64,000 bases of DNA from Eledone cirrhosa (GCA_964016885.1 OZ024742.1:14260001-14324000), one strand, 5' to 3'. Positions 1 to 13,137 are shown, counted from the stretch's first letter. The notes: generated by a model not told the origin, from the sequence alone. Made by a program: numbers and translations.

Positions 1-4
1 CATA

Positions 5-40
<36 letters not shown>

Positions 41-436
41 GTAGATAAGAAAACCCAAGGTATAAAGCAACTCATGTTCATAGGGTGAGTTTGAATATAA
101 TTATTAAAGCCAGTTGCTACAATGGCACCACAATAAAATGCTGGAAGGTGAAAGTGTTGGCATCACGATACAACATACCCAGTCAACCATGTCAGGTGGC
201 AGTGATACAATGAGAAAATAAAACCCAGTATATGCCAGGAAGTGGTTGGTGTTAGAAAGGAAGGGCATCCAGTCATTAGAAACCATATTAAAATGGAATA
301 TATAAGCAAAACACAGTCATCTGACCTGTCTGTCTAACTTCAGAGCAGTACAACCTTTCTAACCCATGGAAGTGTGGAAAATAGGTGTAAAATGATGATT
401 AGGATGATGGTGATTATATATATATATATATATATA

Positions 437-1345
437 TCATCATCATCATCATTTTACGTTTGCTTTTCCCTGCTTGCAAAGGTGCGACGGGTCCTATTCA
501 GTACAGCATCTCTCCACCCGTCACGGTCCTTCGTCATCTCCTCCGTGAGTTTCAGCGATCTGAGGTCTGCTCTCACCACCTCCACCCATGTTTTTCATGG
601 TCTACCTCTACTGCGTCTTCCTTCTATGGGATTTCTTGGCACTTCTTTACCCAGCGGTCATCCTCCATGTGCATCACATGTCCATACCATCTCAGTCTTC
701 TCTCCTGCACACCACAGCTTATCCCTCTTATACCCAGTTTCTTTCTCAACTCGTCTATGCTTGGTCGTTCATGCACATTGACATTGCACATCCAACAGAG
801 CATGCTTGCTTCATTTCTCTCCAGCCGTCACATATCCTCTGCAGTTGCTTCCCATGTCTCACTACCATGCAGCATTGCACATCTCACACAGGCATCATAT
901 AACCGTCCTTTCGTACACAAGGAGAAACCCTTCTTTGTCGACAGAGGAAGCAGCTCCCTAAACTTCTTCCAACCCGTCCTTATTCTAGATACTATGGCCT
1001 TGGAACACCCCCTCCCATGCTAATCTGATCACCTAGGTACTGGAAGCTATCAACCACTTCTATAGAACCCATCTGCATTGGAAAAATGAGTCTATCACAG
1101 CGATTACTACTGCCAACTTTCCCTGTACATCCACTGCATACATAGTTTTCCCTACCTGTTAGTTTGCCTGTTATCCCACTACATATCATGTGTACCCAAC
1201 ATCTGCATTGCGTACATTTTATGGAATTTATGCCAGTTCCTTTCCTACATATTGAACATGGCCATTTCCCTGATGGAATCAGAGTATTGTCCTCTTTTCT
1301 ACTTATCAACACTTTTGTCTTAGCTATTTTTAAAATTAACAAAAA
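437..1345 (-). mobile_element. Decayed RTE-clade LINE 3' fragment
   Basis: KTKVLISRK...[13 protein letters not shown]...VVDSFQYLGD; (CAT)n tail at 437; frameshifted. Confidence 0.9.
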
Positions 1346-1787
1346 TCGTTGGTATTAATTCAACGGTCTCTGGCCAGCATCTAGCTCATTCAATGAATTT
1401 GCTGAATTACAGTAATGGAGTTGCAATATGTGTGTGTGTGTCTGTGTGTATGGTTATATTGGGGTTTACCAATATAGATCCTGGTAAAGATGCCTTTAAA
1501 TGTACTTGTAATTTGCAATATATTAATTGATATGGTATGGAGTTATCTCTTGTATGTATTACTCTTGAAACTTATAACAATATATAAATTCCTGAAGATA
1601 TGTCGAGCAATGGACTGATACTTTGTATATATCGTGGTATGTCCCACTGTTATACATTGAAACATGCTTTAATTAAAATAATGTTTTAAGTATAATTTGG
1701 TTATTCTCTCTCCATTTATATATATATATATATATATATTGATTGATTGATTGTTTACAATATTTTGAATTGGTTTTCTAACTTTAG

Positions 1788-2086
1788 GTGTGGAGGCTAC
1801 TTCCCAGGACTTGACATCTTCGCCCACCACCTCACAGTCAAGTGCTAGCTGTGATGGTGTTGAGAACATTGAGGAAGGACGCGGAAACCATGACCACGCT
1901 GAACAGACTCATTTAAAACAACAACAACCAGACCAGGAGCAATTACCTGTTGATAAAATATCTCATTGCCAAATTGGTTCTGTTGCACCTGTATGGGTAC
2001 CAGATGCAGATGCACCCAATTGCATGCAGTGTGAAGCCAAGTTCAGATTTACAAAGCGCAGACATCATTGCAGAGCTTGTGGAAAA
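1788..2086 (+). CDS. ZFYVE9: SARA/ZFYVE9-like exon A: N-terminal half of the FYVE zinc finger
   Basis: tttag|GT acceptor and AAA|gttagt donor. Translates ...[34 protein letters not shown], containing the FYVE WxxD and RRHHCR motifs. Confidence 0.93.
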
Positions 2087-2129
2087 GTTAGTAAATCTTC
2101 ATCTTTACGCATACGTTATTGTTTATTTG

Positions 2130-2556
2130 TAGCACTTCTTCTTCACCCACTTATTCCTGAGAGGGTTGTGGTGGCTGAGTTCTTAAACACACCTCCCAGC
2201 TGGTCCTTTCAGAAACAACTGGATACCCAAGCGAGACTAGCCAAGCTAATGGATGTTATCCAACCATCTTGCTCAGGGTCTACCCTTGGATCTCCTGCCG
2301 GTTGGTTTTGCCCGTAAAATCTGTCCAGTAATACTTTCCCGAGACATTCAAACCACATGTCCATAGTATCAGAGCTGTGATCTCTCAATTCAGAGTAGCA
2401 ACTCTATCTGGAATGACTCTCTGATCTCCAAGCTATGCACTCTATCAAGTAACATTACTCCAAAGACACTTCAGAGGAATCCCATTTCAGCCACTTGTAT
2501 TCATGATTGTATTCTTTCAATCATTACCCAAGATTCATGACCATAAGTTGGCATGA
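2130..2556 (-). mobile_element. Old RTE/Expander-like LINE relic
   Basis: Minus strand reads PTYGHESWVMIERIQS*IQVAEMGFL, typical of the RTE post-RT region. Confidence 0.65.
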
Positions 2557-2607
2557 CTACCAAATTATTATTATCTGTGAAGTAAATAATTCCTTTTTCT
2601 TCTGTAG

Positions 2608-2707
2608 GTATTTTGTTCAGCGTGTTGCAGTATGAAGACTAAGTTACAGTATATGGAGAATAAAGAAGCCAGAGTCTGTTTAGCTTGTCATCAACTTATT
2701 AACATCA
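2608..2707 (+). CDS. ZFYVE9: SARA exon B: C-terminal half of the FYVE finger
   Basis: tgtag| acceptor, A|gtcagt donor. VFCSACCSMKTKLQYMENKEARVCLACHQLINI (RVC motif); phase 0 in, phase 1 out. Confidence 0.93.
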
Positions 2708-2784
2708 GTCAGTAACATTTCTTTCTCTCCATTTCCACATTTTGTTTTTATTTTTAGTTCATATTTTACAAAATTTCTTTTCGG

Positions 2785-3425
2785 TTTTACCCTGTTTTTA
2801 GTTGTCCTATTTTACCCAGTTCCTCTTCTATTTTACCCAGTCCCTCTCCTATTTTACCCCCATCCTCTCCTATTTTACCCACATCCTCTCCTATTTTACC
2901 CACATCCTCTCCTATTTTACCCAGTTCCTCTCCTATTTTACCCAGTTCCTCTCCTATTTTACCCACATCCTCTCCTATTTTACCCAGTTCCTTTCCTATT
3001 TTACCCAGTTCCTCTCCTATTTTACCCAGTTCCTCTCCTATTTTACCCACATCCTCTCCTATTTTACCCACATCCTCTCCTATTTTACCCAGTTCCTCTC
3101 CTATTTTACCCAGTTCCTCTCCTATTTTACCCAGTTCCTCTCCTATTTTACCCAATTCCTCTTCTATTTTACCCAGTTCTTCTCCTATTTTACCCACATC
3201 CTCTCCTATACATCTGGTAGGTAATAGGTTTCTATTCCAGAGATCAATATTTTATAATGTAGCTGTAATACTACATGGCCGGTATACTGCAGAAATGTAG
3301 CTGTAATACCACATGGCTGGTATATCACAGTAATGCAGCTGTTCCTCTCCTATTTTACCCACATCCTCTCCTATTTTACCCACATCCCCTCCTATTTTAC
3401 CCAGTTCCTCTCTTATTTTGTCCAG
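2785..3425. repeat. 21-bp minisatellite (cctattttacccagttcctct), interrupted at 3209-3342
   Basis: About 20 tandem copies plus about 4 more after the interruption. Confidence 0.95.
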
Positions 3426-3947
3426 TTTCTGTATAAACCATACCCAAAATTGGGTCGAACGGACTCTTCAGTTGTGTTAAGGGCATGAAAACGTCTCTAT
3501 TGTTGGTGATCAACATGATAAATACACCCAGTACACTCTGTAAAGTGGTTGGTGATCATCCAGCCATAGAAACCTTGTCAAATGAAAGATCAAGAGAACA
3601 CTTCAGTTTTGTCAAAGACATGACAACCTTATTACTGTTGGTGCCACAATAAAATGTATCCAGTAGACTTGGTAGAGTGTGAGAATGTATGTTAGTGAAG
3701 ATGCTGTTCCCCACCCCATCTCATATATCAGTGGCTCCAATTAAGTGAAGACTTGGTCTGAGATCACCTGTCCAGCCCATGCTAGCAGGGGGAAATGAAT
3801 ATTAAATAATGATGAGGATCATTGCTTAATATATAATATTTTGGAATGGAATAATATTTTGTGAACACTATTGTTACACATGTTGATGACCATGTAGCTA
3901 TATATATCTGGTAGGTAATAGGTTTCTATTCCAGAGATCAATATTTT

Positions 3948-5075
3948 ATAATGTAGCTGTAATACCACATGGCCGGTATACTGCAGAAATGTAGCTGTAA
4001 TACCACATGGCTGGTATATCACAGTAATGCAGCTGTAATACCACATGGCCGGTATACTGCAGAAATGTAGCTGTAATACCACATGGCTGGTATATCACAG
4101 TAATGCAGCTGTAATATCACATGGCCAGTATACTGCAGAAATGTAGCTGTAATACCACATGGCTGGTATACCACAGTAATGTAGCTGTAATACTACATGA
4201 CTGGTATATCACAGTAATGTAGTTGTAATACTACATGACTGGTATATCACAGTAATGTAGCTGTAGTACTACATGGCTGGTATATTACAGTAATGTAGCT
4301 GTAATACTACATGACTGGTATATCACAGTAATGTAGCTGTAATACCACATGGCTGGTATACCACAGTAATGTAGCTGTAATACTACATGACTGGTATATC
4401 ACAGTAATGTAGCTGTAATACCACATGGCTGGTGTACCACAGTAATGTAGCTGTAGTACTACATGACTGGTGTAAAACTGTAATGTAGCTATAGTACCAC
4501 ATGTAGCTGTAATACTACATGGATGGTATATCACATTAATGTAGCTGTAATACCACATGGCTGGTATACCACAGTAATGTAGCTGGAGTACTACATGGCT
4601 GGTATATCACAGTAATGTAGCTGTAATACTACATGGCTGGTATATCAGTAATATAGCTGTAATACCACATGACTGGTATATCACAGAAATGTAGCTGTAA
4701 TACTACATGGCTGGTATATCACAGTAATATAGCTGTAATACTACATGGCTGCTATACCACAGTAATGTAGCTGTAATACCACATGGCTGGTGTACCACAA
4801 TGATGTAGCTGTAATACCACATGGTTGGTATATTACGGTAATGTAGCTGTAGTACTACATGGCTGGTATACCACAGTAATGTAGCTATAATACCACATGT
4901 AGCTGCAATACCACATGGCTGGTATATCACAGAAATGTAGCTGTAATACTACATGGCTGGTATACCACAGTAATGTAGCTGTAATACCACATGGCTGGTA
5001 TACCACAGTAATGTAACTGTAATACTACATGGCTAGTGTACCACAGTAATGTAGCTGTAGTACCACATGGCTGAT
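3948..5075. repeat. 38-bp tandem array
   Basis: Unit taatgtagctgtaataccacatggctggtataccacag, about 30 copies. Confidence 0.95.
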
Positions 5076-5076
5076 A

Positions 5077-5270
5077 TACGAGGCTTGGCTGAAAAGTTCA
5101 TAGGCTGACCAAGATACTCTCATGGAATGACCAAATAGTGTTTATTTTTCAACATAGTCCATGGAAAGAAACAATGCAGTTATTAATAAGAGTTGAAATT
5201 AATGCATGCAAGATTTCACAGCTCTAGCATCACTCCTTCGTAGTCAGCCTATGAACTATTCAGCCTCATA
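5077..5270. mobile_element. Tc1/mariner-type MITE (second copy at about 5744-5950)
   Basis: Inverted ends ggctgaaaagttcataggctgac / gtcagcctatgaactattcagcc with TA flanks; two copies about 670 bp apart. Confidence 0.65.
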
Positions 5271-5963
5271 CAACAGTAATATTCCAATAAAGTGGTTTAG
5301 AAGTTATAGCTGGCTGCTATGTATTTTCTACATAATGTCCGTTGTGTGTTCTTGTCAGATTAATTCCTCGTTTATATCATATCTTAACATCATAATGATG
5401 TTGCAGAAAATATCTAAAAACAGCTTTGTTCATTCAAATGTTTAAAGTACCTTTACTGGTGGACAGATTGTTGTGAAAATTTGCAGTATTAGAGTAAATA
5501 CTTTACTTATCAATGTGAGGAAGTCATAGTGTTATTTTGTATTTTTCAAGAATGTTTTTTTTAAATATAGTTTTATGTAGTAGAGGAGGTTATGAGTTAA
5601 AGTATATTTATAATACTATCATTCGTAAAAAGATGATGATGATGTGCTTTTATGTCACAGAAATTAAGCTCATTAATTTAAGTTGGATTCAGGTAAAACA
5701 GTGGATAATGAAGACATCTTGAAGAAATTATGAATCTTACAAATACAAAGGTCATCTAAAAAGTTCATAATCTGACCAAGATACTCTCATGGAATGACCA
5801 AATAAATTTTTTTTTTTTTCCCAACATAGTCTCTGGAAAGAAAAAATGCAGTTATTAATAAGAAAAATTGAAACTAATACATGCGTTATTTCACAGCTCT
5901 AGCATCAATCCTTCATAGTCAGCCTATGAACTATTCAGCCCACGCTCATATATTTACTATAAT

Positions 5964-6174
5964 TTAACCCTTTAACATTTAAACCGGCCGTATCAGCCAC
6001 AATTCTCTCACCTCTTTCTGTTCAAACCGGCTGTAACTGGCCACTCATATTGATGTTGAGGTATTGTTAAAAAAAAAAATATAAAAATCTCATAGACTCA
6101 ATATTATGTGAGGTAAAACCTTACCATGAAAATATAATAGTAAATATAGAGTACTATAAATGCTAAAGGGTTAA
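5964..6174. mobile_element. TTAA-flanked piggyBac-like MITE
   Basis: TTAA-CCCTTTAACATTTA...TAAATGCTAAAGGG-TTAA. The same family recurs at 10383, 37228 and 57762. Confidence 0.8.
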
Positions 6175-6759
6175 TGCAGTATTTTGAAAAACTGGTAATT
6201 CTTATTTTGTTAATGTGATTTTTTTTTTTATAAAATCACTCATTTGTGGAGTTTAATAATTACAGTTAGTTTGTATTTAGTTCTCTCAGAAATTTATTAT
6301 ACCATCTCTTTAATATCAAGCTATAGAAAAGTTGGCAGACAAAACAGAGGGGTTTCAGTTGTGTTAAAGACATGACAGCCTCCTTAGTGCTGGTGCCACA
6401 ATAAAATACACAGTACATTCTGTAGTGTGTGGGAATATATATAATATCAGTAGCTCCATTTAAGTACTGGTTGGTCTCTGGTGACCCGTCAAATCCTTGC
6501 TAGTAGAGAAAAGTAGGAAAAATGATGGTGATGGTGGTGGGGATGGAGATGAACTTTGAAATATTTCGAAAGATTTTTATTTGTTATTTTACCATAAACA
6601 TCTGTTGTTAAGAAGCCAGGTTGCACAATATGTTTTTATATTGAAGTAATGAAAACTTATTTCATCATTCTGAGACATTAGGGAAACTAAGAAGAATCCC
6701 AATCTTTCTAAAGTATTTTACTGTTGTTCTATTCCATGTCTGTTTTGTTTTTCTCTCAG

Positions 6760-6819
6760 GAGAGCTGTCCCTTGATAACCTTGTTATAACCAAGTCTTGT
6801 TGTAAAGAAGACATGAAAG
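6760..6819 (+). CDS. Candidate 60-nt alternative cassette exon of SARA
   Basis: Long pyrimidine tract ending ctctcag|, AAG|gtttga donor. 60 nt, phase 1/1, stop-free in the gene frame (ELSLDNLVITKSCCKEDMK). Confidence 0.45.
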
Positions 6820-7892
6820 GTTTGATGTGCAACCTGTTTATTTTAGCATGTTTTCTTCTTCTCTCCCGTTCTTTATCTTATTTCTTTCCCTTCTTGTTGT
6901 TGTTTCCTCCACACTCCCAGGTTGTTGTGTTGCTAACATTGACCCCTTTTTTGTCTGTTGTTTTATTAGTTTCCATTTAAAACAAGAATTCTTTGTAAAT
7001 ATTGAATTTCTTTGGAATTTAACCTGTTGACATATTTTGCTAATCATTCTACCCCGATGACCCCACCACCCATGATATGATAAGGGGGGTGGATTGGGTG
7101 GCAGTTTTTTGAGCATTCAACAAATGGTTGGCAGTATTTCTTCCGGCTCTTTACGTTCTGAGTTCAAATCCCACTACGGTCAACTTTGTATTTCATCCTT
7201 CCAGGCTCAATAGAAGAAAGTACTGATTGTTGATATAATCAACTTTTGCTTCCCCTAAATTTGCTCCTTGTGCATAAATTACAAATCTTTATAACTTCAG
7301 TCTTAGTATTCACATGTTGCTACTTAAATCTTTCATTTCCGTTTCCCGGTATTAGGTTAGTATGGATATCTTGCGTTGAGTCTATCCCCGTTTCTCTCAC
7401 CTTTTTTCTTATTTCTATTAGTTCTTTGTTTTAAAATTAATGAGCAATAACTATTTTATTTTCTTAATATATAGTATATACATGTGAATATGTGTGTGTA
7501 CATATGGCCTGTGCCTCTCTCCTTACGTCCGGCCTTGTCTCAGAGCATGATAGCTCATCTGTCCCAACCAGGCATGGAAAATAGGTGTTTAACGATGTAA
7601 ACTCCCCTCCCGCATCCCTGGTGCACCTGTCCTGTCTAACCGATGTATGGAGAGTCGATTGATCTCCTACTGTGATATAACTCCAATCCCATAGCAAACA
7701 TGTAGCCTGATGCTTGCTCTCTCTCTTTTTACATGATAAAATACATCCAGTCCACCTTGTGAGAGGGTAATGCTGGTTCCACAACAAAAAGCACCCAGTC
7801 CACCCTGTAAGGTGATCATGTTGGTATTGTAACAAAAAGCACCCAGTCCACTCTGTAAAGTAGTTGGCATTAGGAAAGGTATCCAGTTGTAG

Positions 7893-7986
7893 AAATTTAA
7901 TATAGAAATGGCTTCTACAGGACTAGAACTGTTTCCTTCGAATGAAACAGTTCTAGTCCTGTAGAAGCCATTTCTATATTAAATTT
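7893..7986. repeat. Perfect 43-bp-arm palindrome
   Basis: aaatttaatatagaaatggcttctacaggactagaactgtttc + 8-nt spacer + exact reverse complement. Related to 29236-29355. Confidence 0.9.
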
Positions 7987-8267
7987 GTCGTTTACACTCT
8001 ACTAATGTATTGAGTACCTTACTTTCTGTGGTTACCCCCAATTGAACCTGGGATTCTCATATAAATGAGAATTGGCAGAGTTGTTTCAGTGTTGGATAAA
8101 ATACCTGGGTATTTGTTCTGGATTACTGCAGTCTGAGTTTGAATCTTTCGTGGGTCAACTTTGACTTTCATCATTCTTTCAGGGTTGATAAGTAAAGTAC
8201 TGATCTGTTTACATGGATGTGAGGGTTGTATATCAAATAATATATGTTTACTAATGATAATCTTTAG

Positions 8268-8645
8268 GTGAACAGTGCTGATGTTGTTGTGAGGGGGAAC
8301 AGTGCTGCTGTTGTCAATATGTCAACAGTGCTGCTGTTGTGGGTAAACAGTGCTGCTGTTGTCAATATGTCGACAGTGCTGCTGTTGTGTCAACAGTGTT
8401 GCTGTTGTGGGTAAACAGTGCTGCTGTTGTGTCAACAGTGTTGCTGTTGTGAGTAAACAGTGCTGCTGTTGTAAATATATAAACAGTGCTGCTGTTTGTG
8501 GATAAACTACTGCTGTTGTAAATATGTCAACAGTGCTGCTGTTGTAAATATGTAAACAGTGCTGCTGTTGTGAATATATGAACAGTGCTACTATTGTGTA
8601 AATATTGCTGCTGTTGTGTGTAAACAGTGCTGCTGTTGTGGGTAA
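8268..8645. repeat. Degenerate minisatellite (aacagtgctgctgttgt core)
   Basis: About 16 variable-length units. Confidence 0.85.
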
Positions 8646-8723
8646 TTTCCATGAATAGAAGATTTTAATTGGAAGTGGTCAGCTTGAAGTATTTATTGCT
8701 ATAATAAAAACTCTTGTATTAAG

Positions 8724-9191
8724 ATGTCAACATAACATATTGTGATGTCACGTTCCCCTCTCTCATCAACATAACTAACATAGTTCCTGTGTCACATAGC
8801 TCTCTCTCTCTCCCATGTCAACATAACATATTGTGATGTCACGTTCCCCTCTCTCATCAACATAACTAACATAGTTCCTGTGTCACATAGCTCTCTCTCT
8901 CTCTCTCTCTCTCCCATGTCAACATAACATATTGTGATGTCACGTTCCCCTCTCTCATCAACATAACTAACATAGTTCCTGTGTCACATAGCTCTCTCTC
9001 TCTCTCTCTCCCATGTCAACATAACATATTGTGATGTCACGTTCCCCTCTCTCATCAACATAACTAACATAGTTCCTGTGTCACATAGCTCTCTCTCTCT
9101 CTCTCTCTCTCTCTCCCATGTCAACATAACATATTGTGATGTCACGTTCCCCTCTCTCATCAACATAACTAACATAGTTCCTGTGTCACAT

Positions 9192-9226
<35 letters not shown>

Positions 9227-9890
9227 ATGTCAACATAACATATTGTGATGTCACGTTCCTCTCTCTCATCAACATAACTAACATAGTTCCTGTGTCACAT
9301 AGCTCTCTCTCTCTCTCTCTCCCATGTCAACATAACATATTGTGATGTCACGTTCCCCTCTCTCATCAACATAACTAACATAGTTCCTGTGTCACATAGC
9401 TCTCTCTCTCTCTCTCCCATGTCAACATAACATATTGTGATGTCACATTCCCCTCTCTCATCAACATAACTAACATAGTTCCTGTGTCACATAGCTCTCT
9501 CTCTCTCTCTCTCTCTCTCCCATGTCAACATAACATATTGTGATGTCACATTCCCCTCTCTCATCAACATAACTAACATAGTTCCTGTGTCACATAGCTC
9601 TCTCTCTCTCTCTCTCTCTCTCTCCCATGTCAACATAACATATTGTGATGTCACATTCCCCTCTCTCATCAATATAACTAACATCGTTCCTGTGTCACAT
9701 AGCTCTCTCTCTCTCTCTCTCTCTCTCTCCCATGTCAACATAACATATTGTGATGTCACATTCCCCTCTCTCATCAACATAACTAACATCGTTCCTGTGT
9801 CACATCGCTCTCTCTCTCTCCCATGTCAACATAACTAACATAGTTGTAATGTCACATCGCTCTCTCTGTCATGTCAATATAACTAACATA
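8724..9890. repeat. About 91-107-bp tandem array with an internal variable (CT)n tract
   Basis: About 11-12 copies differing mainly in (CT)n length. Confidence 0.95.
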
Positions 9891-10023
9891 TGATCATCTG
9901 CCCACTTCTAATCTCAGACTTTGACAGCCCATCCAACCCATCTCATCATGGAAAGCTGATGTAAAATAATGATAATGATGTATTATATCTGAAGTGAATC
10001 TACCCAATCATATTTATATATCA

Positions 10024-10327
10024 CTAGCAGTGGTACCCGGCGTTGCACGGGATAAGGTATTTTGGAACGCGGGCCACCAACAGACCTAATCGTGGAAAAA
10101 CTGCATGCCTGGACAATATGTACAGAAAATAAACCGAATACTCTGATGGTTCACCTAATGCGGGCCTAGGAGGTCAAAAAGTTGAATTTTTTTATGTGCA
10201 TAACACTCCCTGAAACATAAGTAATACACATGTAAAGTTTGAAAAAAGTCGGTTGGGTATTTCTCGAGTTTTAGGGATTCAAACTCACACACACACAGAC
10301 AGATATCCTCAGTTTTATATATATAGA
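10024..10327 (-). mobile_element. Non-autonomous Helitron
   Basis: Minus strand begins TCTATATATATAAAACTG and ends with the GC hairpin cccgtgcaacgccggg followed by CTAG; inserted at A|T. Confidence 0.8.
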
Positions 10328-10382
10328 TTAGTAACAAACTTACAGTCTTCTTATATTGTGTTAGACTCTGGTATGGCTTTAT

Positions 10383-10595
10383 TTAAACTTTTAGCATCTA
10401 AACTGGCCGTATCTGGTCAGAATTCTCTCACCTCTATCTGTTCAAACTGGCCATAACTAGCAGCTCATACTGATGTTAAGGTATTGTTCTACAAAAAGAA
10501 TATCAAAATCTCGTAGATTCGATATTATGTGAGATAAAGCTTTTACCACAAAATACAATAGTATATATAGAGTAATGTAAATGCTAAAGGGTTAA
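10383..10595. mobile_element. TTAA-flanked piggyBac-like MITE
   Basis: Same family as 5964-6174. Confidence 0.75.
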
Positions 10596-11040
10596 GTATA
10601 GTTGTCTTCATCATCATCATTTTACAGCTGTTCTCCTTGTTGTTATATTCTTAAACTCACAGGAATGTTAAAATATGATTTAAGGGAAATTTGGCTGCTA
10701 CTTTTTGAAGATCAAGTGACTGCGTAAAGGTTCTTTCATTGGTTTGTCTAAATACATTTGTTTTTGTTGTCTAATGGTGCAAAACCATTGGCTTTATAAT
10801 GTTTGACTGTTTATTTTAGATACAGTTGTGGTTTATAGTAATATGTATTTCTAAATGTCCTCCAATTTATCAGAAAGATGTTACAGAATGATGCTTATAT
10901 TTAATATTGATCTCTTTTATTAATTATTGATTTCTTTTGATCAGCATAACTTAATAACAAAAGATTAAAGTTGTAGATAGATTTTGTTAAGGAGAGATAT
11001 AATGGCACACCTGTTATGGTGGCACACTTTATATATTGTC

Positions 11041-11322
11041 GAGGCATGTGGCCTAGTGGTAAGGGTGTTGGACTTATGATCATAATGTCATGGGTTCAAT
11101 TCCTGGACTGGGTTGTGTGTTGTGTTCTTGAGAAAAACACTTTATTTCACATTGCTTCAATATACTCTGCTGAAAAGGAGTACCAGCAATAGCTGGGAGT
11201 TAAACCCTGTGATGGACTGCCATCCTGTCCAGGGGAAAGTCTTGTACTCTCAGTTGCTTAACGCCACAGAAACCAGAATAAACACCGGCTTGATGAGCCT
11301 TCGGGCTTGGGACAGACTTTAG
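11041..11322 (+). mobile_element. tRNA-derived SINE
   Basis: A box tggcctagtgg, B box gggttcaattcc, central gatggactgccatcctgtccaggg domain. A partial minus-strand copy lies at about 57350-57512. Confidence 0.75.
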
Positions 11323-11461
11323 ACATTGTATAGTGACACAGTTTGTATAGAAGGACATATATATTTCATTTTTATTTCAGCATATTTTTTATGTTTTTGA
11401 GATGGTTTCTTCTTTATCTTAATTTGTTTGTTTTGTTTGAAAACTGCCTGAATATTGGCAG

Positions 11462-11464
11462 AAG
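11462..11464 (+). CDS. Candidate 3-nt microexon (AAG) of SARA
   Basis: ggcag|AAG|gtaacc, an AG-free U-rich upstream tract with TGC, and three downstream TGCATG motifs. Confidence 0.4.
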
Positions 11465-13137
11465 GTAACCACATCTGACTAGCCTGATGCCATGCATGTG
11501 TTAGTAACATTTCCTTGACTTTTCTCCACTCAGCTAACTCTTCTATAGAACCTTTTGCATGGATTGTTTCATATTTAAGGACCTTTTTTTTTATTATAAA
11601 ACGAAGAAAGCAAGCTAAAGTTTGTTGAGTTACTATATTATTTAAGAATGAAAATACAGTTTGGCTACTGCATGTCAGATATTCTCAGCATTCTCACCAG
11701 TTTCTCTCCCAATGATTGTGTTGTTCTTGGCAAATATTATTAATAATGGTTGATAATGTTGTTATTTAATATCTGCTTCATATTTATTACAATTTGTTTA
11801 TTTCAAGTAATTTTAGTTGTTTTATCAATAACAACAGTTGTTTCATTATTCTCTATGTTACATGATATAACCAGGGTTGTTTAAGATTAACCCTTTTGGT
11901 AACAAACTATATGAAACTACCCCAGATTCTGTGATACTAAGATGTTTGTTTTAAAGTGTTTATAAGGTAGTGTAGTTAATACGAAGCGTTGTGAGATATG
12001 TAATAAAAGACTGATAATTTTCAAAAAGCCAGTACAATACAAAGTGAAAATGATGACAAATAAAACAAAACAAAGTATATTTTAACATGATATTTCAGGG
12101 CTAATACCGTCTTTTCAATGTGGAACTGAAACAGTTCAAACCAAAACAAAACAATCAATGTATTCTTCCTTAACTGGTCCACATATCTGAAATACATGTG
12201 TGAAATCGTTATAGTAACCAGTCTGCCTCGAGCATTATTATTTATGCGTTTATATTTATCTAAAAAAAAGCTCCCATCACGATTTTATTTAAGAACCTTT
12301 GTTAAGTTATGTTCCAACCACCAACTTAAAAAGAAAGTTATGTTTCTAAACCCCTCCTAATTGATTTGTTTAAAAATGATTTTGAAATGAGACAATCAAT
12401 ACTTTTCATTAGAAATATGATAATAAAATGGTTAATATGTAATCGGTGGATATTAATAGATTAACCAGAACAATTCAAAAGAAGATGGACACCCAGAAAA
12501 TCTTATAAATTCCTGAAATAATTCAACATTCAAAAATTTACTTCTCTTCCTGACTATCATTTCACTTCTTATAATGTTGTTGCTCCTCTTATATTGGCAG
12601 AATAGTTACGAAGTTCACTACACATTCCTCTCCCTCTTATGTCTAACATACAAACATGTGTACCTTTAACAAAGTTCTCAGGGAGATTCCACATGACACA
12701 GTGCATGACACAGGTGGACTGAAGTAATGTGAAATGAAGTGCCTTGCTCAAGGACTCAATGCATTGCCAAAATCAAAGTTGCCATTAAGCCACACACATT
12801 CACAATGTCATTATATATATTCAAGGTGGACATCAAACCACATCCCCTTCACCTGTGACCCACCACACCGACCTCTCATTAAATAGCAATCAAAGAAAGA
12901 AACTTAACTTATTGCCACAAACCTGTTACTCCCCCCCCCCCCCCACACACACACATACACTCACATCACCACTACCACCAAACATGACTGAACTGGAATT
13001 TGGGGGATTTTTACTAATTTTTTACTAAACTAGTTCAGTGAGGTTATTTATGTACCAGAAGTTACAGTGTTTGATGTTTGAACAATATAGGATCTTAGAG
13101 GAATCTTCAGTTAGGGTGATCTTGTGACACTCTCTTT

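Noticed and set aside
8245-8295. Possible small exon (tactaat...tttag|GTGAACAG...|gtgagg)
   Set aside because: In-frame TGA in the gene's phase, and it overlaps a minisatellite.
11285-11315. ttgatgagcc-ttcg-ggc in a SINE resembling a hammerhead half
   Set aside because: No GAAA follows stem II.
12080-12125. Minus-strand TTGAAAA...GAAATATC hammerhead-like string
   Set aside because: Stem II does not pair cleanly and the cleavage triplet and stem I register do not fit.
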